This document shows, in pieces, positions 46,980 through 56,229 of a stretch of DNA of 56,229 nucleotides. Each line of letters starts with the position of its first letter. The first letter of the stretch is position 1. The translations under genes and the position numbers were made by a program. The stretch covers positions 1 to 56,229 of the forward strand of contig JAWODM010000006.1 in NCBI GenBank assembly GCA_046483305.1, written 5' to 3'. The notes under the pieces are model-generated. The model searched no databases, was not told where the DNA came from, and was given only the letters and a program-made list of their open reading frames with translations. Origin of the DNA: Candidatus Krumholzibacteriales bacterium. GTDB lineage: Bacteria; Krumholzibacteriota; Krumholzibacteriia; Krumholzibacteriales; WJIX01.

Positions 46980-48020
46980 TTAACGGGCAGTCTCCCCCTC
47001 CCTTGCCCTTTCTATCATAAAAGAGACATTCTCCCCTGCATTCTTGACTTCCAGCTCTACCTCCGGGTGGTTTCCGCTCCAGACCCTGAATACTTCATCC
47101 GCGAAGGCCTGCCCCACGGTTTCCACGCCGCCGAAGTCGAGGGTTACCTTTCTGAATTTCTCAAGTCCGTTAACCAGCCTTCTTCCCTGAGAGCGGGAAA
47201 TATAATCGGTCCCCTTTTCATATAGGCTTACTTTCACCTCGGTCCTGCTGAACTGGTAGGCACCCCCGGTATGCCTTCTGAAAATATCCTCCAGCTTCCT
47301 GGTTGAATCAAGGCTGACGGAGAAATTCACCCTGGTCCCTTCGGTAAAGGAGAGGTCCCTTATATATACATCATCAGCCAGATTATCGTAAACCAGCTTC
47401 TTCCTGGAGCTCTTTATTGTCAGAATATCGGCGGCCCTGGAAGTGAAGAATATCCCCTCGCCGCTGTGAAAGGAGGGGCTGGTGGTCTGCTTTCCCTTCA
47501 GAAGGTCCCGGATAGCGTCCATCTCGCTGCAGAGCGACTTTTTTTGCATTATATTGTTATAAATACCGATGCCCCAGTCCCTGACTTCGAAACTTACATT
47601 ATATTTCTCTCTCTCCATTTTGATCTTTATCTTATCCGAACCGGAATGTTCTATCGCATTATTGAGCATCTCGGTAAACCCGTACTCCAGAATAGCGGAA
47701 ACATTCTCCCTGAGATCGCTCATGATCCCTGTTTTTTTCTTCACTTCCGCAAATACCCGGTCCTCCTCCAGACCGGTGTTATTGAGGATCCGGCGCACCT
47801 TTTTGATTGACCCTCTCTCCCTCGCTATAATCTTCTCTGACGCGGGGACATATCTGGCCCGGTTCGCCTTGCCGATAAGCGTTATAATCCCTTCCTCTCG
47901 AAGTTCTCTGAAAAAACGGTTAACATAGGCCCTGGAAAAGCCTGTTTCCCCGACTATTTCGGCAGACCTCACTTCACCCTTCTCTTCCAGCCTTCTGAGA
48001 ATAAGCTCTCTTACATCCAT
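46980..48020 (-). CDS. wHTH + HATPase-like + STAS-like (DUF4325) regulator
   Basis: N-terminal HTH (SAEIVGETGFSRAYVNRFF); EMLNNAIEHS, DWGIG, HSGEGIF; C-terminal ISRSQGRR...LDFGGVETVGQAFADEVFRVW. Confidence 0.85.
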   Translation of the reverse strand: MDVRELILRRLEEKGEVRSAEIVGETGFSRAYVNRFFRELREEGIITLIGKANRARYVPASEKIIARERGSIKKVRRILNNTGLEEDRVFAEVKKKTGIMSDLRENVSAILEYGFTEMLNNAIEHSGSDKIKIKMEREKYNVSFEVRDWGIGIYNNIMQKKSLCSEMDAIRDLLKGKQTTSPSFHSGEGIFFTSRAADILTIKSSRKKLVYDNLADDVYIRDLSFTEGTRVNFSVSLDSTRKLEDIFRRHTGGAYQFSRTEVKVSLYEKGTDYISRSQGRRLVNGLEKFRKVTLDFGGVETVGQAFADEVFRVWSGNHPEVELEVKNAGENVSFMIERAREGETAR

Positions 48021-48030
48021 TAATCACTCC

Positions 48031-48134
48031 TTGTTTACAACTTTATTATAAATACAATTATTCAAGTTGTCAACAAGTTGTTAACTTTCTGTTTGCAACT
48101 TTTGCGTCTGGCTTCTTTTCAAGTTGTAAACAAG
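48031..48134 (-). promoter_or_regulatory. Consensus sigma70 promoter overlapped by an array of TTGT-NN-ACAA operator-like palindromes
   Basis: Perfect TTGACA (48073-48068)-17 nt-TATAAT (48050-48045). Motifs ttgtttacaa (48031), ttgtcaacaa (48067) and ttgtaaacaa (48125). A 17-bp direct repeat ttcaagttgtMaacaag occurs at 48061 and 48118. Confidence 0.75.
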
Positions 48135-48271
48135 CCGTAAACTGTAAGTCTTATACACAGTTTTATCTGCCCTCTACAGCTCCCGTGCCGCGGGATGAAA
48201 ATATTTGGCAGATGGTAAGCGGCCCGTTAATATACTCTCAAGTGACATTGAGATAAAATCAGGGAGTTGCC

Positions 48272-48598
48272 ATGAAGTATCATCACATCGGTCTGCCTGC
48301 CGCCGGCAGGATGGAAGAGGAAAAGCGATTGGAACATCTCAAAATGTATGTCCGCGGAAATGAGGACGACCCGTACGGGATTGAATGGATAAGGTTCGAC
48401 GAAGACGCCCCTTATCCGGAGCTTGTCAGGACCGTCGCGCATGTGGCATTCGAGGTGGAAAACGTCCGTGAAGCGATCAGGGGGAAGAAGGTGATTATAG
48501 AGCCAAACAGCCCCTCTCCCGGCGTCACGGTGGCATTTATAGAGCATAACGGAGCGCCGGTGGAATTCCTGGAGATCGACAGAGACAGAGAAAAATAG
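48272..48598 (+). CDS. VOC/glyoxalase-like protein
   Basis: YHHIGLP, YGIEWIRF, HVAFEVEN, VAFI..NGAPVEFLE; GGGAG RBS. Confidence 0.8.
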   Translation: MKYHHIGLPAAGRMEEEKRLEHLKMYVRGNEDDPYGIEWIRFDEDAPYPELVRTVAHVAFEVENVREAIRGKKVIIEPNSPSPGVTVAFIEHNGAPVEFLEIDRDREK

Positions 48599-48627
48599 CG
48601 AACCTGGCCGCCGCCTCCGCTCTGCTG

Positions 48628-49185
48628 TTAAAGTGCTTCAAGTGAGCGGCCGCTGACCGCGAATTCAGATCCGCCCAGATGGTGAATCAACTCCAGCCCT
48701 CCGCCGAAATTCCAGGCGCCATCCGAGTAATAATCCTCTCTCACCTCCGCGTTCAGGATATTTGCTATCAGAATAGAGCTGTAGCCCATATCCACTACCT
48801 GGGAGATTCTGCACTCGATCCTGGCCGCCGCTTCCGCTACCATCGGCGCCGCAATCTCTTTTCCCTCAACCCGCGCCAGGCCGGCGCCGGCAAACTTATC
48901 CGGGACGTCCCTTCCGCTGTTTTTGCCGCAGTAGATTACAGCATCCGCCAGGGATGAATCCGGTATATTTATACCGAACTCCCCCGTTCTTTTTATCAGC
49001 GAGTAGCTATAGTGCCCTTTGCCGCTCAGAATTGCCGCCATTGGGGGATTCTTCCTCAGCGGCATGTTCCATGCGACAGAAAATATATTGTCATCGCTGC
49101 CGTCTCCGGCGGTAATCAGAAGAACCGGGCCGGGGGTGAGCAGACGGTGGGGATTGCCTGCTTCGATATATCTCTTTGCATTCAT
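48628..49185 (-). CDS. Flavin reductase-like (split-barrel FMN-binding) protein
   Basis: RLLTPGPVLLIT, VAWNMP, GEFGINIP, CGKNSGR..DKF, IECR, IHHLGG. Confidence 0.88.
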   Translation of the reverse strand: MNAKRYIEAGNPHRLLTPGPVLLITAGDGSDDNIFSVAWNMPLRKNPPMAAILSGKGHYSYSLIKRTGEFGINIPDSSLADAVIYCGKNSGRDVPDKFAGAGLARVEGKEIAAPMVAEAAARIECRISQVVDMGYSSILIANILNAEVREDYYSDGAWNFGGGLELIHHLGGSEFAVSGRSLEAL

Positions 49186-49234
49186 AAAATCACCTTTCTG
49201 TTCAGACTCTGAATTAAACATTGTAAATACAGAT

Positions 49235-49699
49235 TCAACCGGTGCGCTTCTCCTCGAATCTGCCCCTCACTGCCGGTTTGTTAATAAAATAGAGCGCGGC
49301 TATCTGAAATATGAAAATAATGTATACCGGGACAATACTGCTTCTCGCTACTACCTTACCTCCCATTGCCAGTGAAGTGCTATCGGCGAAGGCCGTATAA
49401 TACCAGTAACTTACTATACTAAAAAGGTTGAGTACCAGGCCGGCCGATAAGGTAGCCCCCAGAAACCTGACCCCCCATCTTCTGACCATGAGAAATCCCG
49501 CCCCGGCCGGTATGAAGCAGATATAAACCAGGGTGTGCAGTAAATAGATAACCACCTTCAGCGGCCCGGCGTAATTCATTACCGCCGGAAAAGAATCCAG
49601 AGTGCGGAAAAACCCCGGCATAGCGCGGGCTGACATGAACAGGCCGTATATTAACGAGGCCAAACCGATCACCGCTATCTTGAAATCTTTATTTTTCAT
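49235..49699 (-). CDS. Hypothetical membrane protein
   Basis: 154 aa with four hydrophobic segments; AAGG RBS-like sequence. Confidence 0.65.
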   Translation of the reverse strand: MKNKDFKIAVIGLASLIYGLFMSARAMPGFFRTLDSFPAVMNYAGPLKVVIYLLHTLVYICFIPAGAGFLMVRRWGVRFLGATLSAGLVLNLFSIVSYWYYTAFADSTSLAMGGKVVARSSIVPVYIIFIFQIAALYFINKPAVRGRFEEKRTG

Positions 49700-49868
49700 G
49701 ACATCACTTACCTTCCTTGTAAGCTGCTGATTCAGGAGGAGGAAACCGCTGATTCAAACCGGGTTCATCTGACGAAGGTTCCGTTTCTGAATTCCTCAAA
49801 AGCAGACCTCGTATATTGAATTATTAAACAATTATGGGAATCTGACTACCGAAAAATAGCAGCGCGTT

Positions 49869-50400
49869 CACCTGGTCCAGGTAATCCCCCCCCAGAATCT
49901 GCCTTCCGGGCCCCGGAAAACCCAGCTCCTCCTGGTAATTCCTGTCGAAAATGTTATTTACCCTTACGGTAAGCCGGAGATAGCAGGGCAGCTCCTTCGA
50001 CAGGCTGATATTATAGAGGCCGTAATCAGGCAGGTCCAGAGATTCAATGTGGGTGGTCAAGGACAGATACCGGTTAAACGAAAAGTGGACTCGGCTTCCG
50101 AAGCCGGTCCTGCCGGGGAGTTCAAGGGAAAACCTTTCAGCGGGGACTTCCTGAAGAAGCTCGCCGGTGGATTTCCGTTCATTCATCAGGGCGTAACCGG
50201 AGCTTATACCGGGATATTCCGAAGGCGACCAGCTGACCCTTCCCTCCACTCCCCGCAGGGCCGCGTCTTCTATGTTTTCATAAACATAGGTCCGGGTGGC
50301 CCGGAAGATCAGATCGTTCAGGCTGTTATCGAACCATGCCAGCTCAATACTTCCGCTTCCCAGCATGCCCGAAAAGAAAGAGCGCTTCAGTCCCACCTCT
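49869..50400 (-). pseudogene. TonB-dependent receptor C-terminal fragment
   Basis: YENIEDAALRGVEG, LPDYGLYNISL, VRVNNIFDRNYQE, PGPGRQI are TBDR C-terminal motifs. No plug or N-terminal part is present. Removing one G from the G8 run gives the end GGITWTR-stop. Confidence 0.75.
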
Positions 50401-50598
50401 ATTCCGGTTAACTGACAAGCAGAAATTCCTCCGGAGCGCGGACAGGATCCTTAACGGATACCCGCCTAAATGCCATACCCCCAAATTCCGCCCTTTTCCG
50501 AGATGATATTTAAGGATGAATATTCCAACTTTTTATCTTTCGAGTTTTTATTCTGAGTATTATTATATACTGAAGATATCCAACAGAGAGGATAAAAC

Positions 50599-52332
50599 TT
50601 GACTAAAAAAACATATAATATGCGAATAGCTATGGCTCAGCTGAATACCACGGTTGGCGACTTCGAAGGCAATCTGGAAAAGATCGGGAATTCCATAGGG
50701 GAGGCTGTAAAGTCCGGGGCCGATATTATCATCTTCCCGGAACTGGTCATATGCGGGTACCCCCCCGAAGACCTCCTGTTCAACAAGGCCTTCCTTCATG
50801 AATGCTCCGGATACCTGAAAAAGGCGGGGGCGCTGACAGAAGGTATTACCGCACTTATCGGCTGCCCGGAAGAATCCGGTTCCAGAACAGACAACGGCCT
50901 TTACAACACCGCTTTTCTATTTCAAAACGGGGAGGAGGCGGGAAGATACAGAAAGATGCATCTTCCCAACTACAGCGTTTTCGATGAAAAGAGATACTTC
51001 CTGCCCGGCGATACGGCGCTGGCGGTTGATACCGGGATGGGAAGAATAGGCATAACCATATGCGAGGACCTCTGGGTGGATAACAGCCCGGCGGAAGCCG
51101 AAGCCAGGCTGCTGGGGGCGGATATCATTTTCAACCTGTCGGCTTCTCCCTATATCGTAAATAAATGCAGGGAAAGAGAGAAGCTTTTCAAGAAGAAAGC
51201 TCAGAAGATGGGGGCGGCGATATGCTGCTGCAACCTGATAGGCGGGCAGGACGAGCTGGTATTCGACGGAAGCAGTCTCATTATCGACCGTTACGGCAAA
51301 ATTGGGGCGAGGGGCAGATCATTTGAGGAGGACCTGATAATCGCCGACCTTCAGACCAGAGCCGCCGGCAAGCGCCCCAAAAAATCAGACGCCGGGTATT
51401 CCCTGGATGTTTTGAGCCTGAAGCCTGAAAGCGGCTCCGGAAAGAAAAAGAAGAAGATAAAAACCCATATAGCAAAATACCTTTCCAGGGACAAAGAGCT
51501 GTACACCGCCATCAAGACGGGCCTTCGGGATTATTTCGAGAAAAACGGCTTCGAAAAGGTGGTGATCGGCCTGAGCGGAGGAATCGATTCCGCCCTCACC
51601 GCGATAATAGCCACCGACGCCCTGGGAAAAGACAGGGTGGTATGCGTAACCATGCCCTCGGAATTCACTCAGGAGAAATCGACCCGGGACGCTCACGCCC
51701 TGGCTAAGAACCTTGGCGTTCAGATATACGAACAGAAGATAGACGAAATATTCAGGGCTTACCTGGAAAAAACTTCCGGGATTTTCAGGGAAGACGAAGT
51801 TACCATCGCTGAAGAGAACATCCAGGCCAGGATCAGGGGGAACATCCTGATGGCCTATTCCAACAGATTCGGGTGGCTGGTTCTGGCCACCGGTAACAAG
51901 AGCGAGACCGCCACCGGCTACTGCACGCTTTACGGAGACATGGCCGGCGGGTTCTCCCCCCTCAAGGACACGCCGAAAACCGCGGTGTACAGGTTGTCCC
52001 GGTACAGGAACAAGCTCTCGGGAGGAAACCTGATACCGCAGTCCATTATTCAGAAGAAACCCTCGGCGGAACTGCGTCCCGGGCAGCTGGATCAGGATTC
52101 ACTCCCGCCTTACCCTGTTCTGGACCGGATTGTCGAATTGTATATCGAAAAGAGGCTTTCTGTTGAAGAGATAATCGAAAAGGGGCTTGATCCTGATACC
52201 ACCAGGGAGGTTGTAAGCAGGATCGAGGACAGCATCCACAAACACAACCAGGGAGCTCCCGGCATAAGGGTTACCGGGGTTGCCTTCGGGAAGGACCGAA
52301 GGATGCCGATCACCAACCGGTTTAAGGACTGA
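50599..52332 (+). CDS. nadE: Glutamine-dependent NAD+ synthetase
   Basis: Nitrilase-type triad FPEL / YRKMHLPNY / ICEDLW; PP-loop GLSGGIDSA; ENIQARIR; TGNKSE; YCTLYGD; PSAELRPGQ. Confidence 0.95.
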   Translation: MTKKTYNMRIAMAQLNTTVGDFEGNLEKIGNSIGEAVKSGADIIIFPELVICGYPPEDLLFNKAFLHECSGYLKKAGALTEGITALIGCPEESGSRTDNGLYNTAFLFQNGEEAGRYRKMHLPNYSVFDEKRYFLPGDTALAVDTGMGRIGITICEDLWVDNSPAEAEARLLGADIIFNLSASPYIVNKCREREKLFKKKAQKMGAAICCCNLIGGQDELVFDGSSLIIDRYGKIGARGRSFEEDLIIADLQTRAAGKRPKKSDAGYSLDVLSLKPESGSGKKKKKIKTHIAKYLSRDKELYTAIKTGLRDYFEKNGFEKVVIGLSGGIDSALTAIIATDALGKDRVVCVTMPSEFTQEKSTRDAHALAKNLGVQIYEQKIDEIFRAYLEKTSGIFREDEVTIAEENIQARIRGNILMAYSNRFGWLVLATGNKSETATGYCTLYGDMAGGFSPLKDTPKTAVYRLSRYRNKLSGGNLIPQSIIQKKPSAELRPGQLDQDSLPPYPVLDRIVELYIEKRLSVEEIIEKGLDPDTTREVVSRIEDSIHKHNQGAPGIRVTGVAFGKDRRMPITNRFKD

Positions 52333-52348
52333 CCGGCGGCCGAAGATT

Positions 52349-52384
52349 AAAAAAGAGGCCCTTCCTTTCCGGAAGGGCCTCTTT
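52349..52384. terminator. Bidirectional intrinsic terminator
   Basis: aaaaaagaggcccttcc-tttcc-ggaagggcctcttt between convergent genes. Confidence 0.85.
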
Positions 52385-52409
52385 CAACTTCAGGAACAAC
52401 CGTCCAATC

Positions 52410-53831
52410 TTAATCCAGTTTTATTTCATTCACCTCTCCGTAGGCGCTCAGAGGCTCGGCGAACTTTTCCCTGTTACCGACGATCAGAACAGTAATATCC
52501 TCCGGCCGCAGGAATTCCCTGGCAGCCTCCCTGATATCCTCGATGGTCAGCGACGCGTACCTTTCCATATCCTTCTCGGGGGTGTTCAGAGGCCTCCCCT
52601 CGAACTTCAGCCGGACCAGCCTCCTTACAATCTGGTCCTTCGACTCGTAGTCAAAGACCTGGCTGTTCAGGTATGAATCTATCGCCTTTTCGAACTCCTC
52701 CGCGGTGGGTCCTTCGGTTTTCATCCTCTCGACCTGCTGCATGATAATTTTCAGAGAGCGGTGATACTCTTCCGCCTTCGTCTGGGCGAATGCGGTATAA
52801 GTCCCCCTGGCGAAGGAGCCATGGTTCACGTAGGAACCGGCAGAGTATGCCAGCCCTTTCTTGACTCTGACCTCTTCGGTGATCCAGGAGGCGAAAGAGC
52901 CTCCTCCCAGAATGTAGTTCATTATGTTGATCGCGCACCTGTCGGGGTGGTCCTTCCTGATTCCCAGGTGTCCCATCATGATATACGCCTGATTCATATC
53001 CTTTTTCTCGGCGTAATTAAAGTTCTTCTTTTCCGTGATATCCACCGGGGGAACCTCGTCAACAACTACTTCCGCCTCCTCCCAACCGCTGAACTTACCC
53101 TGCAGCAGGCCGGTGATCTCCTCTCTGGTAACATCCCCGCTTATCCCAACTATGGTGTTGCCGGGATGGAAGTACTTCTCATGAAATTCCACCAGGTCAT
53201 CCCTGGTAATACTCTCATAATTCTCTTCGGTGGGCTCCCAGCCGTAGGGATGCCCCCGGTAAATCAGTTTCCCGTATTCTCTGCCGGCGATATTCCTCGG
53301 TTTGTCATTCTTACGCCTGAGCTCTTCCAGCATGGTCTTTCTCTTCATCTCTATCTTTTCGTCCGGGAAGGCCGGGTTCATGATCAGGTCGGCGTATATT
53401 CCCAGTACTTCGGGCAGGTCTTTCTTCAGGCAGTTAAGGGAGACAGTGGTGCTGAGAGGCTCTCCCCGGAAGTTAATGTGGGCAGCCCTGAATTCCAGCT
53501 CATCGTTCAGCTTATCAGAGGGCCAGTTTTCGCTTCCGCCGTTTCTCATAACCCAGGCGGCCATGTCATTTCTTCCAAGCTTTTCCCGGGCGGGATAATA
53601 GGTTTTGACCAGCATGGTTATATTAACTATCGGGATTTCATGGTCTTCGATAAAGAAAACTTCCATCCCGTTATCCATGGTGAATTCCCGGTACTCGGGC
53701 ATTGTAATTTTAAGGTCGGGGTATTTAAGGCCTCGAGGATGAGGGCGCTCAACACTAACCCCCGCCTGGCGGCTCGAGCACGAGAAAACCAGCAAAGATA
53801 CAGCCAACAGTAATAATATTCCGCGTTTCAT
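52410..53831 (-). CDS. M16 peptidase family protein, non-catalytic subunit (putative lipoprotein)
   Basis: Lipobox-like VFSC; M16 fold motifs EDHEIP, HPYG, NYILGGG, EVRVKKGLAYS; no HxxEH. Confidence 0.88.
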   Translation of the reverse strand: MKRGILLLLAVSLLVFSCSSRQAGVSVERPHPRGLKYPDLKITMPEYREFTMDNGMEVFFIEDHEIPIVNITMLVKTYYPAREKLGRNDMAAWVMRNGGSENWPSDKLNDELEFRAAHINFRGEPLSTTVSLNCLKKDLPEVLGIYADLIMNPAFPDEKIEMKRKTMLEELRRKNDKPRNIAGREYGKLIYRGHPYGWEPTEENYESITRDDLVEFHEKYFHPGNTIVGISGDVTREEITGLLQGKFSGWEEAEVVVDEVPPVDITEKKNFNYAEKKDMNQAYIMMGHLGIRKDHPDRCAINIMNYILGGGSFASWITEEVRVKKGLAYSAGSYVNHGSFARGTYTAFAQTKAEEYHRSLKIIMQQVERMKTEGPTAEEFEKAIDSYLNSQVFDYESKDQIVRRLVRLKFEGRPLNTPEKDMERYASLTIEDIREAAREFLRPEDITVLIVGNREKFAEPLSAYGEVNEIKLD

Positions 53832-55753
53832 TACTTCTCTCCTTCCTCTTTCTCATCCTCTTTTATAAAACCTTCTCTAACAGCCCGCTCATACAACTGC
53901 CGGCCGAATTCCATCATTTCCTCCTGCGAGCGCATACTGCGGAATTTCTTGATGATTTCATTCCGTTCCTGTTCAGGCAGGGACTGAATATACTGCATCA
54001 GCTGCTGCTGCCTCCTGGCCATCATATTCTGCTGCTGTCCGCCCTGCTCCTTCTCTTCCTCTTCGACCTGAACCCGGTGAGCTACAGTACGGTTCTTTTC
54101 GATGAGATATTTCCCGGCCACCTTCTGAATATCTTCAGCGGTAACCTTCTTCATCTTCTCCTGCATCCTTATTATTTCCATATAATCGCCGTAATACAAC
54201 TCTCCCATCAGAACGGTAAAGGCGAGGCCCAGATTGGATCCCAGGCGCCTCACGTAATCAGCCTCCATCTGATTCTTGACCCTCTGAATCTCCCTGTTGG
54301 TTACAGGCTCCTTCTTGAGCTTTTCAAGTTCGGCGTATATCGCTTCCTCCACTTCCTCCAGTGTGTGGGGGTGCCGGGGTTCGGCGCTTATTACCACCAG
54401 GTTATCATACCGGTTGGAGGGGCCCGCATACACTCTGGGAGGACTGGCGGTGAGCTCCTGCTCCTCGTAGATTGATTTATACAGCCGCGAAGTCTTGCCC
54501 TGTCCCAATACCGCTATCATAACATTGAACGCAAGATCTTCCGGGTCCGGGTAATTCGGCTTATGGTAACCTATCATCAGTTTCGGATTAGCGGAATGCT
54601 CGATGGTTATCCTTCTCTCCCCCTGCTGCTCGGGTTCCCTGGTCTCCACATCCGGCGGGGAGAGCTGGGCCGGGATCGGCTCGAAGTATTTTTCAGCCAT
54701 CCTGCGTACCTGAACCGAATCAACGTCGCCTACCAGAATCGCGGTGGCGTTATTGGGAGCGTAGTAGATTCTGTGATAATCGGCCAGCTCCGTGCGGTCG
54801 GTGGTTCTCAGGTCGCTCATCCATCCGACTACCGGCCACCGGTACGGGCACGCCTTGAAAGCGGCGGCATAGAAGCTTTCGTTCAGTACGTCATCGGGAT
54901 CGTTCTCGCCCAGTCTCCTCTCCTCCATCACCACGTCGCGCTCCACCCAGAATTCCCGGAAAACCGGAGCATCCATCCTGTCAGATTCGGCCACCGCCCA
55001 GAGCTCCAGCCTGTTCGCGGGCAGATAAACGAAATACACTGTAAAATCGTATGACGTGCCGGCGTTCAGGAAATTGGCTCCGTTATTCTGATAAAGCTCC
55101 CAGAGTTCGTTGTTCACTATATACTTATCCCGCTGCCGGGCTGTGATCCTCCGCACTTCACTCCAGGCAGTTTTATACTCAAGGTACTTCTCCAGATAAT
55201 CCACCCCGTCTTCCTCCAGCAGGTAATCGATCCCCATTAAAGAATCGGGAAGGGCTTCCATCGCCCTGATTTTTTCGACTACCAGGAAACTCTGCTTGAA
55301 CTTGTCCGTTCCTATGCTGTTGGTTTCCTCAATAGTGAAGTCCTCCACAATCTCCCTGCTGAAATCCTCGAATATTTCGAATCGCCACTCGCCCATCTCC
55401 TTCCTCAGTTCAATGGTGCGCTCCCCCAGAGAGTCTGCCCTCTGAATATATGGGATTTCCTCCTGATAGTTGGTGGTTCCCAGCATCCTGGTCCCCTTGA
55501 ACATCATATGCTCCAGCAGGTGCGAAATCCCGGTGATATTAGGCCTCTCGTTGGCTGAACCGACATCGAACACAATCGCGCTGAAGACCACCGGGGCTTC
55601 CCTGCGGGGAATGACCAGAAACTTCATTCCGTTATCCAGCACGAATTCCTGGACTTTATCTTCCAGCCCGCCGCTTGAGGCCAGTGACTGGCCCAGAAAA
55701 ACAAACAGCAATGTAATGGCTGCCGCGGCAATCATTCCTCTGATTCTTCGCAT
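53831..55753 (-). CDS. M16 zinc peptidase, catalytic subunit
   Basis: Signal peptide; GISHLLEHMMFKGT (HxxEH); NAGTSYDFTVY; ERDVVMEERR; YYAPNNA; AGGAG RBS before the ATG at 55753. Confidence 0.92.
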   Translation of the reverse strand: MRRIRGMIAAAAITLLFVFLGQSLASSGGLEDKVQEFVLDNGMKFLVIPRREAPVVFSAIVFDVGSANERPNITGISHLLEHMMFKGTRMLGTTNYQEEIPYIQRADSLGERTIELRKEMGEWRFEIFEDFSREIVEDFTIEETNSIGTDKFKQSFLVVEKIRAMEALPDSLMGIDYLLEEDGVDYLEKYLEYKTAWSEVRRITARQRDKYIVNNELWELYQNNGANFLNAGTSYDFTVYFVYLPANRLELWAVAESDRMDAPVFREFWVERDVVMEERRLGENDPDDVLNESFYAAAFKACPYRWPVVGWMSDLRTTDRTELADYHRIYYAPNNATAILVGDVDSVQVRRMAEKYFEPIPAQLSPPDVETREPEQQGERRITIEHSANPKLMIGYHKPNYPDPEDLAFNVMIAVLGQGKTSRLYKSIYEEQELTASPPRVYAGPSNRYDNLVVISAEPRHPHTLEEVEEAIYAELEKLKKEPVTNREIQRVKNQMEADYVRRLGSNLGLAFTVLMGELYYGDYMEIIRMQEKMKKVTAEDIQKVAGKYLIEKNRTVAHRVQVEEEEKEQGGQQQNMMARRQQQLMQYIQSLPEQERNEIIKKFRSMRSQEEMMEFGRQLYERAVREGFIKEDEKEEGEK

Positions 55754-56229
55754 ACCCTCTCCTTTCAGAAAATTTAACCATGCGGCAAAATAACTCAATA
55801 AACCTGCAGACAGTTCTTCATAATTCCCCCATCTGTCTCTTCCGTTCTGACAGTTTATATTCAGCCAGCCGTTGATGTCAACTGATTATCAATGTGGAGT
55901 TCCCCCCAATTCTTCCCGTTAAAGCAAAACAGGCCTGTTCCACTTAATAATATCCGTAACTGATTAGTAACTATATTCTTAAAGAATCGCCCACCCGAAA
56001 ATCGGGGAAAGCCCCGGCTGAATGAATATCTATTAAGTCTAACGTCAAACATCAGCAGCGCTTGAAGATCGATCTGCCTCGGACAATTTATTAACAAGAT
56101 CCTTCCGTACCGGGATTTGTGGCTCCAGAGGCGGTGGGGATATGCTCAATAGTCTCTCTGCGTTTGTAACCAGATACTTCTGCTGCTCTTCAGTAAAATC
56201 ATCCGGGTTCAATTATTGTACTCTACTTC

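Noticed and set aside
52225..52260. NadE C-terminal motif reads IHKHNQ rather than the usual EYKRRQ-like sequence
   Set aside because: All catalytic motifs and the Lys are intact, so there is not enough evidence for altered function.
55935..55965. dif/Xer-like site (gttccacttaa...tatccgtaact)
   Set aside because: Arm similarity is weak and the spacing does not fit 11-6-11.
56045..56229. Possible 3' end of a minus-strand gene at the window edge (LNPDDFTEEQQKYLV...SAADV-stop)
   Set aside because: All three frames hit a stop near the edge and no family is recognisable, so it cannot be called without flanking sequence.
1..56229. CRISPR array, rRNA, tRNA or intact IS transposase
   Set aside because: I saw no regularly spaced nucleotide repeats, rRNA/tRNA signatures or DDE/HUH transposase ORFs.

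Overview
A 56 kb window of bacterial chromosome from a GC-rich Gram-negative organism (outer-membrane barrels, an OmpA domain, lipoproteins). It opens at the edge of an AT-richer island whose large serine recombinase runs into the 3' end of an intact tmRNA gene (669-1020, tag ANDNLALAA). Next come secreted peptidases (S9, tricorn S41), an MFS transporter, an SbcD/SMC-like pair and two porin-family genes. The main candidate for an undescribed system is a 13 kb four-gene minus-strand DUF11 operon (15395-28617) with a sigma54-type promoter. Its proteins carry complementary split domains: C-terminal DUF11 domains lack their final beta-hairpin, and free N-terminal hairpins supply it. This suggests a fibre built by donor-strand complementation, possibly isopeptide cross-linked, with tip, shaft, OmpA/beta-barrel anchor and cap/chaperone. 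That model is inference from motifs read by eye. The rest is housekeeping (PFK, two acyl-CoA synthetases, apgM, trxA, NifS/NifU-like, nadE, an M16 pair), plus a 48-aa Cys-rich ORF missing from the track, a 149-bp MITE-like element and a patchy small-gene region with pseudogenes. I saw no CRISPR array, rRNA or tRNA. No database searches were run.
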